A stretch of DNA of 54,132 bases, the filler included, from Catajapyx aquilonaris (lineage: Eukaryota): the NCBI GenBank assembly GCA_000934665.2. It is 2 parts of 2 records of this genome, joined end to end, with 100 filler letters (N's around TTAATTAATTAA, not from the genome) between each part and the next. Parts side by side here need not be neighbours in the genome. Positions count along the whole stretch, not along the records: positions 1 to 26,952 come from JYFJ02005131.1; 1 more part is not named here. The stretch is one strand, 5' to 3'. Shown here one piece after another: positions 1 to 13,200 of this stretch. Numbering within the stretch: position 1 is the stretch's first letter; every line of letters starts with the position of its first letter. The position numbers and the translations under genes are program-made. The notes below the pieces were generated by a model, which saw nothing but the letters and a program-made list of their open reading frames with translations, was not told the DNA's origin and searched no databases.

Positions 1-1298
1 ATTCAGCGCATTCTATTTATGTTAGAAAATGTGGTTCCCAACTTCTACTCAAAAATGCACCTCACATGCACTTTTTTCGGAAATCCGTCTAGACTATTAG
101 ACTTTTAGAGGAACTTCTTCACCATCCAGAAAAAATGTCATTGCTTATTTTTCTGCATACTGCCAGCAATTATTATTTATTTAAAAACTTATTATGATAT
201 TACTGCCAAGAACAGGAGTAGTCTGACGGTGTCATCTTGGTGGCTGTGGCAGGTTAAATATTGTAAAGTGACGTTAATTTGTCAACCTCGCTTTACCGAT
301 AAGGCTGCAACGCGAATGGGTTTCCTTTCCTTCCCAAAAGTAATGCATCGAGACAATGATACATGCTTTTGATACGAAACATGGACAGTCGCATGTTAGA
401 ATGAACAACTGTAAGGTAATTAGATTGTCATGAAACGTCACCGAAAAACCTTATTCAGTTTGTTTTTGCAATTTGTCATCATCTGCATTTGCATTTAAGC
501 ATACGCTTTACAAATTATCTTTTCGTTTGTTCATTGTCCTCGGCTGCAGTGAATTTGTGCTGAGCTTTATCATTCACATTCCCATGAATTATTTGCCTTT
601 ACTTTAAATAAGTAATAAATTTGTTAAGTTTAATTCCATACTGACTGTCACGCAAAGTACTGCATCATTAAAATAAATGGTAGATCATACACAAACTAGA
701 AAGCATCAGTAACACATTGAAAAAACTCGGAAAAATAATGTTCCTTTCAAAATACTACAGGTTAAAGCTCTTGAAGTATGTTGTAGGGTTATGTTTAGGT
801 AGGTACTTTGGCCCGAGGGAAATGGGACCATGATTATACTTGTTTTTGCGCTTGTTTCACGCTAGCATATGGAGCTCCATATGGAGTGTCAATTTTACGC
901 CAAAAGTTGTTGTGATACCTGCCTGAAAACGGTAACAACGGGTGATGACACTTTTCATGGCATGTAATGTAATAAGGCGAAAACGATAGCGCCTATTAAT
1001 AGCCAACAGAATTTAGCATTAGGGTTTGAACAATGCCCTTATTTTGAAGGGCTATTTTGATCAAAAGAGCATGTTGAAAGAAATTAGCAGTCGCATTTTA
1101 AAACTTCACGTGGTATCATTAAACGATCCTATATACCCTATACAACGTTAGGCACTTCACCAAGTAAACTGGCGAAGTGCAAATTGAACTCTTGAATAAT
1201 TAAGCTACTTGTAGTACTGTAGTAGGCTACCTAGTGGAGACTAATTAAACAAATTGCATCGGACTCCATTTCAAATCTGCTGCTGATGAATGACAAAC

Positions 1299-4200
1299 CT
1301 TTCTGGTGGAGCGTCTGTTGAACACTTTCCGAAAAGTCATCGGATGCCTGATGGCCAGGAATCTGTCCACACTCATTGCCATGATGGTGAACACACTGGC
1401 TCCAACTGCTACTCCTGAAAATAATGCAGTGAATAAATTGCCATTGCAGTCTAATTACTGTGCGGTTTTATACCAAACAATACAGTATTGTATATTATTA
1501 ACAGGAACAGGCCTACCTTATTACTGTCATTATGACGCCAATATTGAGCATTTTAAATACTCGATAGCTTGTTAAGCTACGGGGAGAAATAATTTTCTCC
1601 CATAGCTAAAACAATGTATAATTATTGTAACAATGTTTTTCGCCGCAGAAATTGAAAAAAAAAACATTACGTTACACTTTTAGTATTGCTTTGTTGCAAA
1701 TTGAACTTTTATGCAGATCTGTGCAACACATCTATGTTATATGCTGTAATTTTGAGTGGCATTCCCCACGTGGGCCTAATAACATTCCACAACAATGAGT
1801 GTGTGACGCACTGAAACTGCATGCCATGCAAAATTGCACAAGAGTACCCAGTACACTGATAAAGTGAGCATTCATTTTGCTGTAACAAAGCCTCTCTGAT
1901 AATATAATTATTTTTCGAATTATTACATGATCTCTCGTGGAATTTCACTTCGATTTAGAGTGAGCTTTTCTGCATCCATGGACGCATTTTATATCACACA
2001 ACTTGTGTCGAGTGTTGATATAATAATTATAACCATGTCACTATTTTTTCTGTGAAAATTTCCTCCGAATCATAAGATTGCTGATAATATATGACATTGA
2101 CACAGCATTCAACAGGTAGGCTTGGTGGCCACAGGGCGGTCTCCATGCAGTCTGACGGCTACATTTTCAATAGGAGCCGCATACGGGAGTGAAATTACAC
2201 GCGAGGCTAATATCCAACATTTGAAGTCGAGTCGGGGATATGATTCGGATCGAATGACCTGTAGGATAATAACGTAGTAAGTAGCCACAAATGAGGATAT
2301 TCACAGCGACTGTCACATGAACTCATAGAGTGTCAAAGACAGGATATAGCCCACAGTTAATGCGCATGATGACAGGGTTGTCTCATTACTGTCCTGTTTT
2401 CCTTTCGACCAGGCAACGTGCTTAACAAGAGAGGCTCTTGGTTAGCGAACCGTCCAGGATAATTCAAGGCCATTTCTATGTAGAGATGGCGATTTTCGAG
2501 AGTGGACGTAACCCACGTGGAAAATATGTTTCGTAATACCCTGATAAAGAAAAATTGGGGTTTTTTCCTGTAATGGCACAAAGAGAGGGCTGTTCGTAAA
2601 AAAAAAATTGAGAGCAGAGATGCTCTAATGAGTTGCTGTAGCAGAGCGGGGTAGAAAAAGCATTATGAAACTTTCACCATTTGCTTATATTGGGCTTACG
2701 GAAAGTTCTTAAACTCGTGGTTTTGATTTGTTAACCGCTAATTTTAGCCTTGCTGCTTAATAGAGTTTGCTGCTGCGGTTTTTGGCCATTTTTTAAACCA
2801 CTATAGGCTCGTAATGGAGAAAATAGTGATACTAATATAAATATTCCGAAAAACGTTTTTTTTGGTCAAAAAGTTATTAACAAGGAAACTTTTCAAGAGC
2901 GAAGTGGATCAGTTTCCTCAAAAATTATGTCCTATCGGGTTCAAATACTTTTGGCCACTTTATCCTGGTCTTGCAGCAACCCTTCACACACGCGCACGCA
3001 CCCACACCTCCTTAACGTGGTGTCTGTGCGAAGGGTTGCTTCAAGACCAGGATAAAGTGGCCAAAAGTATTTGAACCAGATAAGTACTGCCGTACTGGGC
3101 ATTATTCCATTATGCGCAACAGAAATGTGCATCGAATATCCTCTTCCGTGACCAAACACAAGCCACATAATGTGAGTTATTTGCTAGGTTGGTAATCCAT
3201 TGTAAGTGTTAAGATTTGCGCCAAATCTTATACACGAAGTAATTAATGACATTTCTTTGCACCACCGAGTTCATACCTTGATTGATCCAACCAACCTTTT
3301 TACTTCTCAACTCTCTGAAAAGACCCATGGACCCATATGCGCCAAAAATATGCTCTAATCTCGCACCCTTACAAATTGGGAATTAAACGGCAGGCAACTA
3401 TGTTTATCCAGCCCTTCTGTTTATTAAAAGACAACCCCTGTTAATTACACGACGATGGTGTTGAACCTCCCAGAAATATGAGCCAAAAAAACCCCTTCTG
3501 TTTACAATGAGTGGGTGAAAGTGTAGTAATCCTGTATCCCACGTTACAACTCTAAAAATATGTCCAATTAAGCTGGAAGTACGTCACAGCAGCCAAGCTC
3601 ATCTACCATGAAAAATTGGCTTCGCGCTTCTCCATATTGCCGTGACGTCACAAGCGTCACCTTGGGAGCCCAACCTTCATTCATCTAAGAGGATAGGAGG
3701 ATTCTGGAGTATAGAGGGCCAGAGCTGCGCGGGGGAACACAAACAGTCCAAATTTAGAGTGATAGGTTTGTGTGGGGGTGGTCTCATCTCTTTTCGCGGG
3801 TGGAATCTTTGCTTTGCGTCGGGGTAAGGCCTGCCTACACCTGGCACAGGGTTGACTTATGTAGCTCTTTTGGTTGGCCGTGGCCTTTTTGCGGTCTGTG
3901 GATATCCACGGTGACACCGGTTACCAAATGTGTGTTTCTGGTCTGCCTAGTCCCTAGTGAAGTAATTTTTTAATGTTATGAATTCGGTTGGAGGCAAAAT
4001 CCGGGCTGAAAAGAATAATGCAGTCTAATGTTCTGAGCCTTTGGTTCAGTAAAATAATGACGTTGCTTGCAGCTTTTCCGCTGGCTGAACGTAACCGAGC
4101 AGCCGAGCCCGGAATTTCATATTAGATGGATATAATGAAACTGAGAATCATTTATTAAATGTGAATAGGAGGTACTCACAAATTTTCGACGCAAAGTGAT

Positions 4201-7200
4201 TACGTGAACCAGCGGTTTAGGTTTTTCATAATAGGTAGAATAAAGAATCGGATGGAGCATTTCACGCGAATATGGGCTTATGAACAGTACAGTAAACGCC
4301 ACATGCGGTTTAAAGTGATTTGAAACTTTTTTTGCGACAACTTGAGTTGATTATCCGGGTACACTGCGAACCCAACCTTTTCTGCTTCACTGGTCATTCT
4401 ATATCGATTTGCTACCGGTTTATGGCACTCTATAGAGTTTGTTCAGAAATGGTTCTGTTGAAGTAAATGGTCAGTATTAGGCCCGGAACGGAAATGAAAC
4501 AACAATGATATCTCAGGGAAAAATGATGAGTTTTTCTCCCAATTTTCGCATGGACAGCAGGTTCTTTGATGCCCTTTACTAAGGCACGCTGTAACTCTCC
4601 AATTGCCGTTCAGACGTCAGATGTAATTTAAAAATTAATGGGGTTTGTCATTCTCACAATCTCATTAACCAACATGAAAAATGCAGCAGGATGAAAGTCT
4701 AGATTTTCTCATGATTGAATAACTCATTGTGCGATACAGTCCTTGCTGTTTATAGAGTCCGACAGTCGAGTCAGTTTTCTGCTCACGAAAGTTGAAATCT
4801 TCTTGAGAAATGTTTAAAACAAAGGGATTCCTTAAGGCATAATGCAATATTTATACAGTACTTACAGCTCTAATATTTCTAAGCAATTCCATTGTGTCTC
4901 GGATTTCAGGTCTGATCATATAGAGATGAATAATAATTAATAGACTCTTCAAAAATAATGCAACTAAGTAACTCTTTTATAAATGGATAATATTTTGATC
5001 ATCTGAAATTGATGAGAAAGGGATTAGGTTATCAGTCATTTTCTAAACCTAAAGTAATAAATGCACTGCTATATTACAGCGTGGGCAAGAAAGGCTAAAT
5101 GCACCAAAAGCTGCCGGATACAAAATAAATAGCGATTTTTCTCAGCCCAGGTCCAATATCTGGTGGCCATTAATAACCTGTAATGTTCCTCCGTCGCCAG
5201 TGCAGCATCTTTTTTGAAGGAAAAAAGTCATCTACCTCAAGGCATTACTGTCCCAGCACCTATAAATATCCCAACTTTTCCGTGATACCAGCCAGACTTT
5301 GTGCCGCAGGTGTGATTACCTACCTTTCTGACGAACTGCAGTAGTTTCTATACACTTTTTTCATATTTCAGATAAAAAGCATAACAAGTTCCGCGACCTT
5401 TTCCAACGAACAAGTTAAGGGTCGGTTTCACTGTTGTAAGTTTTCGTTGCATTTGAAAGAAGTTTCGAACGTTATTCGTTATGCACTGAGCGACACTGAG
5501 GTTGAATTTTGTCGAGCACTTTGTTTCTATTCAAGGGAGGTCTCCGTTCAAATATAAATCGAAAGGCCGTTGGGGAATGTTAGTTGGCAAGTTTGGGGGG
5601 CTGAAAGTTTGCTGTTGTGCCGTATATTTCAAGGAGCAGACGTTCTGGGGGAACTACACTCAGACATTTAGCACAGAGACGGTCGAGATTACGTGCACCG
5701 GCAATCACGAAAGCTCCTGGATTTATTTGCTTTGCAGTGCAAACAGTACCGCGTGCACAAGTGCTATACAATCGTGTCATAATGGTCCGCTGCAGCTATT
5801 CATACCTCTGCAATGGGCAGTTAAAAACGTCATATCATGTTTACAAAATATGGCGCTTTTCACTATTTTTGCGGCGCGTTTGTTGAATGATATATTACGT
5901 CTGGCTTGAAAGTAAATCTTCATTCAAGCTTTCTCCCCACACAAATAAGCCTGGTGAGACATCATGATTGTTATTCGCTCTTTTGCATTTCCGACCTTGG
6001 CACGATCTAAAATGCAGCATTTTAATTAATTATCATTCGTGGAACGTGTTTGCTCGTGTCTACAAAATCATTTCCATTTTAGTCCTTCCCCCGAGGACTG
6101 ATCGATATGCCTACACAAAAATGCAACACACCGCAGCATCATCTTGTTCCGACACACCCTGTAAGATACTGGAATATCAGAGCGACTTATTAGAGCCATG
6201 CACATGACATACCTCAGGGCATGTCAAATTTGGCTGGAGAGAGACACGTATTCCCAGTTAGGATCGAAATAATAAGTGCCTCTGGGAGCTTAAATTGCTG
6301 CTCAGGTTCTGCAGTTGATTTCAAACGACCCCTCGACATGTGAGATAGATCTTTAAGACAAAGTTCTGCTCCGTTGCCTGCACGCTTTTGGGCCTCTCTT
6401 GTCTCCATATTGTGCCCTTAAATGAATTTAGGAGTCTCGGCGAATAGACCCTATTCGATCCCAATGCAATACTATACAGTACGTGCTGAGCACTCATCCC
6501 CATTACCTTCCTAGATGAGACCGAGCCTCATCACCAAATCTCTTTACTCGCTTTCATCACAGTTTAAACCTGGCATATGGCTGTCAGAGGCCGGGACTAC
6601 ATAGGGATGGAGCAAAAAAGGTATGGACTAGATGCAGAATCTTCATGAGATTACAACTTCATTTTGCTGCATTTTGCCAAAGAATCTTTGACGTCAAGTT
6701 TTCTTTACGAAAGGGATAGCGTTTTTGCTTTCCCTTTCGTAAGAATACTTTCCCAGAGGAAAGGCACTTCAGGGGGCATTTAAAATAAAAAATATTCTCA
6801 CACATGGTACCGACCGGTACCGACTCTACAATTCTGAGTTCTGATGAGAAGGGACCAGAATGATGCTACTAACTTACGCTTCATTGCATTTGAAATATAT
6901 GGTAGAGTCTCTATAGCTGAAGGGGACGACAAATGGGATAATTTAGCGACGTCTGCCAAACACCGTTGCGTAATGTTTTCCAGTCCCTTGTATAACATCA
7001 TGGCCATCTTGAATTTCTCTGGCTCCTTCAAGGAAGAGTGTTATATCCGACAAGCACTTAAACTTAATGAAAAAGTTAAATAACAGGACAACTGAGCCAT
7101 AAGACTCTTAGTCGTAATTTACCGTATACAGTAGTAGCACTGCAATATTACTAAAATAATAATCAGCTTTTTTATTTCAAGAAATGTACTAAACATATGT

Positions 7201-10200
7201 GTAACATTGCTGTTATTTTATTACCAACTCAGGAGTAACCGATAATAAAATAATGTACTGTAAATGAGAACTGCTTACACATTATAAAGCAATTTTCAGT
7301 TACAAACAACTGCAAATCGTTGGTGTCCGTCGCGTCGGTCTCAATATATTTCTAAGCTTACACATTTTTAAAAGGCGCAATTTTTCTTCACCCCAGGACC
7401 ATTGCGTCGTTATTCTTAAAACATTCAATTCTGTGTTTCCCCCCCCCCCCCAAACATTTCACCTCAGATAATTTAGAAAAACTGCGGCAAAGTATAATAT
7501 GAAAGCATTATTGATGCGTCTATATTTTCCTAGATAAAAAACGGATTCGGATATTGAAAGCTTGAAAGCAAGAATCATCAGTCTTCCAACAGCTGACAGA
7601 GAACGAATCGTCCTTGAACCACTTTATTGCTTTATCTTAAATGATAGACAGCCAATGCATACTGTTTTTTTCACAATATACTGATGTTGTCCGGAGATTA
7701 TTTTTCAAAATATGTTTGGTCGGGAAAATGAACTGAATAACACGTCATGCACATCCTATAGTCTACGTACTTGTTGCAGTGCAGTACGCATGCCATATGT
7801 GCCGCCAAATGCGCAATTTTGGATACATCTGTCACACACAATGGGAGTAGCCTGTAACATTGCTGAAAAAAATGTGACTGTAATCTGTAAAAATAAATGT
7901 ATGCAGCCAGGGGCAAGGAATAACAGAAAAGCCGCTTTTTAACAATGCAGTTATCATTATGAAAATCCAAATTAAGCTCCATTTCGGCGTTCCATAATGC
8001 TGGTAATAGCAGAGTTCTCCCTTCAAACTGTAAATCTGTGGTAGTACTGTTAAGGAAGTTACATAAGATATTCATAGTGATAGGTTAATTGCGTGTAATA
8101 TACGGCAGCACTTTTTGCGTATTGCACAGATAACGCATTTCTGCTGTTTGGATATAAAATGTGAAGAAAAACTATTGGTATGGAAATAATGTAGATAACT
8201 CCAAGATAACTCTCTATATCCTGACACCGTGACCTGCATCTGCCACAAAAAATATTTTGGCATTAAAAGCCTATGCAGCAATAGCGCAACACTTTTGTGC
8301 CGAAGTCTGAAAATCACGTAAAAATCTTATCTCGCACGCTTCACGACACATCGTCGGACTTCCACGCCAAAAGATCTCCTTTATGTCCCATTCCGCTTCG
8401 CAAATCGACTCCAACTAGGGCGTCATATCCAACAAAGTCGTAATAACAGCACTGCTTTATACTAGAATTTCTAGGAAATGTGCGTTGCTTGCATTGTTTG
8501 GGAAATGGCTTCCATGGGAAAGCCCAGAACAAACGAAAAATGGCAGCCTCTCTCCTCTAGATAATGAAAGCAACTCCCATCAGGACGTAGTGAAAACTTC
8601 TGTTTATGTCACGCCGGAACACGACTAATTACTATTGGGAATATGAAACTGCGCTGATGCTTTTTCGAAGTAGCGGAAAAAATTAACGCGGTAAACATGT
8701 TTTGTGTAGCTCCAGGCTTCAATGAATGCGTGCCTCCATAGCGATGAAATGTAAAAGAAATTGGCATTAAAACCTGGCTGTTACCAGATCCGGGCGTTAA
8801 TTAAGCTGATGGATCGGCGCAAATCCAATTTGCCGTGTTTTCTGATCAGGAATATTTGTGGACTACTTCATCGGTTATAATTGCGGTGATAGTGTCAAGC
8901 TGCTATGACGTGAATGGAAGAGTCCCCAGATTGCCACTAATTGTTTCCCAACACCATATTGTTCCATGAAAACCAAGGATCGCAGCGGGTGTTACAGTAG
9001 GCCTAATAATGTGTCCAGCTCTAGTTCGTTATAACTATAAGCCTAACCCTGCAAATTAGCCCCATGGAAATAATTAAGCTTGTACATTACATGATACTTG
9101 GCTAGTGAAAAAAGAGCCTTTGGGGACTTATGGCTGAACTACACGGCCACTGCATTAATGTAAGTTACTCATGTCACATCAGCCGCATAGTACTTGATTA
9201 ACTTCTGAAAGAAGAGCATTAAATAGAGTTCAAAAGACTTACCTTGCAGGTAGTAGGTGAGTTTGCACATGACTTCTCCGTAGAGCCAGAGGCGATGTAC
9301 CGATTGGCCAACTGCCATAGGCATGCAAATTAGGGTCACGAGAAGGTCAGCCACAGAGAGATTTACCAGGAAATAGTTGGTCACGCTGAAAGAATGAAAG
9401 AAGCATTCCAGTTTTACATTGTCGAAAAATTAACACCATCCAGCATAATTTCCGCAGGATCCGCTTAATTAATAATCCCTAATTAATAGCGAATTAAGGC
9501 ACTCGTAGTTTCTCCTAAACTTTCCTAACCCGGGCTGGGAGGGATAATATTCTTGGGGGAGTTTAGAGTCTGCATTTGGAAAGTGATAATACTGTATGCC
9601 GCACTTAACATGTTGGATTTCAAATTAGGCCTTTATAATCGCTTGGAGTGCAGATAAGGCCAATCAAATAATTAAGTAGGATTATTTTTGTGTAACAATA
9701 CCGCGCGATTAAAATAATTTCTTATAGGTGGCAAATATAAGTATTCGAATTTTGAAGCAGAATCAGAGGATGTATTACAACATTACTCTTTTGCTACCCT
9801 CAACGAGCTATTTCCGCTCGTCTTCACTTGTATATTTATCTTTACCCGAAATCCATTACCATGCCCTGCAGGCCGACTATTTACGCTATTCTCATGTGAG
9901 GAACTTGTATGACTCAAATTTATGAGCAGTTCATGAAATGTTTACATACGTTGCCCGACATGATTGAAAGACATGCGCTGTTATTAGGCAAAGTAGAAAA
10001 AATATTGCACTCATTTGCAATGACTTTTGTAAAAGCTCTCACGAACTTAAACCAAGCCATTAGGTCTAGCTTAATAACAGTGTCGTATACAAACGGTGGG
10101 ACTGTAAGCACTCCCCTTGATAAGTACGGAACACTGGTTGCAAGGTATCCATTTCAAAGCCAATTTCCAGGTTTGTTTTGCAGCATGTTTAGGTGAAAGC

Positions 10201-13200
10201 AAAAGTGCCATTACGTTACTCTGATTTCAATAATTATACTAATGGGGATTGGTATTATTGCGTTATTTTCACGGTTATTTTACAAGAAGCTGAAATAGTA
10301 TTGACGAGATATTTTATTATGAAAATGCTGTCCGTCAGGCTTTAAAAAAAACATGTAGCATTTCTTGCGAGGAGCAATTTTGGGTAAGTCAAGCCCTACA
10401 CATGCATTTTCTTCTATTGTCCTGCAGAATAACAATGTTGGCTTGTCTGAAAATTGGGTGATAGTAGTTGTGGTTCAGTTTGGATGGATTGTAATGCAGA
10501 ACACGCCAATAGCAAATCCCGAAGCAATGCATGGACGTGGATTGGCAGCAGTTCTACAGTATTCCCTCCTGTGGGTTATAGGTATAGGCTTATATATGAA
10601 CGTGATTGATGAATGCTAAACGTGATGCCATGTATTATTCTCAGACTGGAAATGCTCGTCGGGCAAACCCTTTTGCCTTCCACATAACCGACTGATTAAA
10701 CCTGGCAATGTCTGAAATTAACAAGAACTTAAATTAAATGTAGACTTAATTTTGATTATGAGAAGGATCAGCACAAAGGTCGACGTCATTGTTGACTGAC
10801 ACTTACATAACACTTTCATCAGGTTTTACCCTATCCAAGGGGGATTATGACGCAAAATTTTATCTCATTATCAAAATCGAGCCTGGAAATTGCATTTAGA
10901 ATGGGGCAGAGGATCACTGCATCCGGAATGATTGAAACCCTTTTTTTTTTCCTCCTCCGCACCCTCACAACTAATTTATTTTCGTCAATGAGTAGGAGCA
11001 GAGGTTGTGGGCTCTAGGGCATACTTCCAGCCCTTAATAATCTGAATTCCAGGCCTCGCCTCTGGATTCTTAACTTTCCCACTTTTCCTATACTTGACTA
11101 GCTTTAAATGGATTCCAAACGCATGCAATTACAACCTCTTGCCCCCAAAAAAACAGGCCTGAGTCAAGCAATTAATTTATCACAAATTACCTCTAATTTA
11201 CAGCTGGTTAGAAAACAATAATTTTTAGCTATTCTGACAGGTGTGTGTTATGTTGTAGACATCTGTGCAATAGTATGACAGGTGTGTCATATTGTGTGAG
11301 TGCTTGTGTCAATACAGCTGAAGGGAGATAGAGTTATTGCGTAAATTAGTGAGTAGAACACTATACATGTTGTTGGAAACATTTCAACTTTTTAATAATG
11401 AATGGGTCTTTTAGTGTGGTAATTGCGTGCGTCAAACAATATGGCCGTGGATTACTCCAGAGATTGCATTCACATGAATTCCACTGAGGATTGTTGTGTG
11501 TTTATTTAAAACGCTCTCCATTTATCAACAACTGCCAGCGACAATAATAATAGGACAATTTACAACAAGTAACCTTTACGTTAATATCTCAATACCCAGC
11601 GTACAGAATCGAGGCCAACTTGATTTTTGCTCCGCATTAATGTCACTTTTTTATGCCAGCATTATCGAAAAGAAAGAAATAGTACTTCAAATGTGGTGTA
11701 ACTCAACCTATTCCCTTCGCAGTAAAGCAGGCTGTAAGACCCCTGAATCGTTCAGAAAGATTAAAAACCTCCGATATTCTTCAGATCATTATGTGTGGAG
11801 ACTGGTACGAAATGAAAGATATTCGGTGGTTTCTGAGGTTGTAAAAGATGAACTCTGGCCTCATAGAGGAGGGTTGCCTTTTTATGTGTTGTAAACGACG
11901 ACTAGCTTGATCCTAGACGGGTCTATAAAAGGCTATGTCCATGGACATGTGGGGGTCGCCTAATGCATCGTAACAAACTTGATGAAGACATAAAAGGAAA
12001 AGAATGACTTCGGACAATTCAGGTCCATTTTCGCGAGGGAGCGTCAAAAAATACATTTAGAAAAAACCCCTCAAATTTCCGACAGCGCGAATCCATTGAT
12101 ATTCATGAAGGCGAAGGGATTGCATATTGTCCATTGTCCGGATTATGCGGACGAGGCTTCTGGTCCGGAATACTGAAAGACATTCTATAATAGTCAATTT
12201 TATATACGACAGTGTCTTCATGCTTCTCTTTTAGGCTGAAATGAACAGTAAATTTTTAAAAATGACTTCAGCAAAATAAAGTTCGTGCAGCTTACCGGCG
12301 TAACAATGTTACAGGGTGTTACATTATTCCTCGTTACTTCTATTTGTTGGCCTCACCCAGAGCTCAGCTGCGTCCAATGTGATTCTAAATTGATTTTTTC
12401 CCCGCTTCACGGATAAATATTTTGACAACGTGCATGGAAAAACGGTGATTAGACCTGACTAGTAAGCTAGTTACGTCTGAAATGAAACCGGAATGCTTCT
12501 GTCAGCCCTGCTGATTGCAATTTATAGGTCAGTAATTTATGGAAGTGTGCTCATGTCACACGCACCTGTAGTTGTAAAGCAATTTATTCCCACAGCAGGC
12601 GGTTACTGGTAGCTCCTAAATTGTTTCAATTTGTACACAGAAGGCACAGGCTCAACATATTTCAACTTATTTAATTATTTTTCTAGAAAGTATGGCAAAA
12701 AAAACAGGGGACCTCTCGTTCCCTTGAATGATTCAACTTTTCATGTTGACATTCTGAATGCGACTGCTGGGGTCTCGAAAAAATAACTTTGCAAGTGCAG
12801 CACATCCCTAAGGCAAACTCCAACTTTTTCCACTTTGTCGGTGGTAAATGGGCCCAACAAGATTGTAAATTAGAGGCACTCTGGCATGAAAAATAATCCC
12901 ACAGCTACTAGAAATGTCCCCCCAGGCCTACCTTCTTCTATAACAGTGTTTCCATGACATTCCCAAACATCCTGAATCGAACAAAAAAATTAGCCAAATT
13001 GTCTATTTCCAAATCTATAAGTCGTAGATGTTAGAAGGATCATTAAGTCCAAAATCCGCTGACTATGCTGTTGGTCAGCCTATGGCAGGCCTTGTTAGAA
13101 TCGATTTGGAAGCAAGTGGCTCATCTTGCTTGGTCAGGTTCCACCTCATCGGTCGAGTACTTTTAATTACGATGGACGCTAATTAGGTTGTGCAGAAGAG

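Noticed and set aside
1306..1575. Plus-strand 89-aa ORF
   Set aside because: It is the antisense shadow of GPCR exon 3.
6878..7025. Minus-strand open segment ending in a GTAAGT donor (EPEKFKMAMMLYKG...)
   Set aside because: No homology recognised, and GPCR exons 2 and 3 already join seamlessly within TM3.
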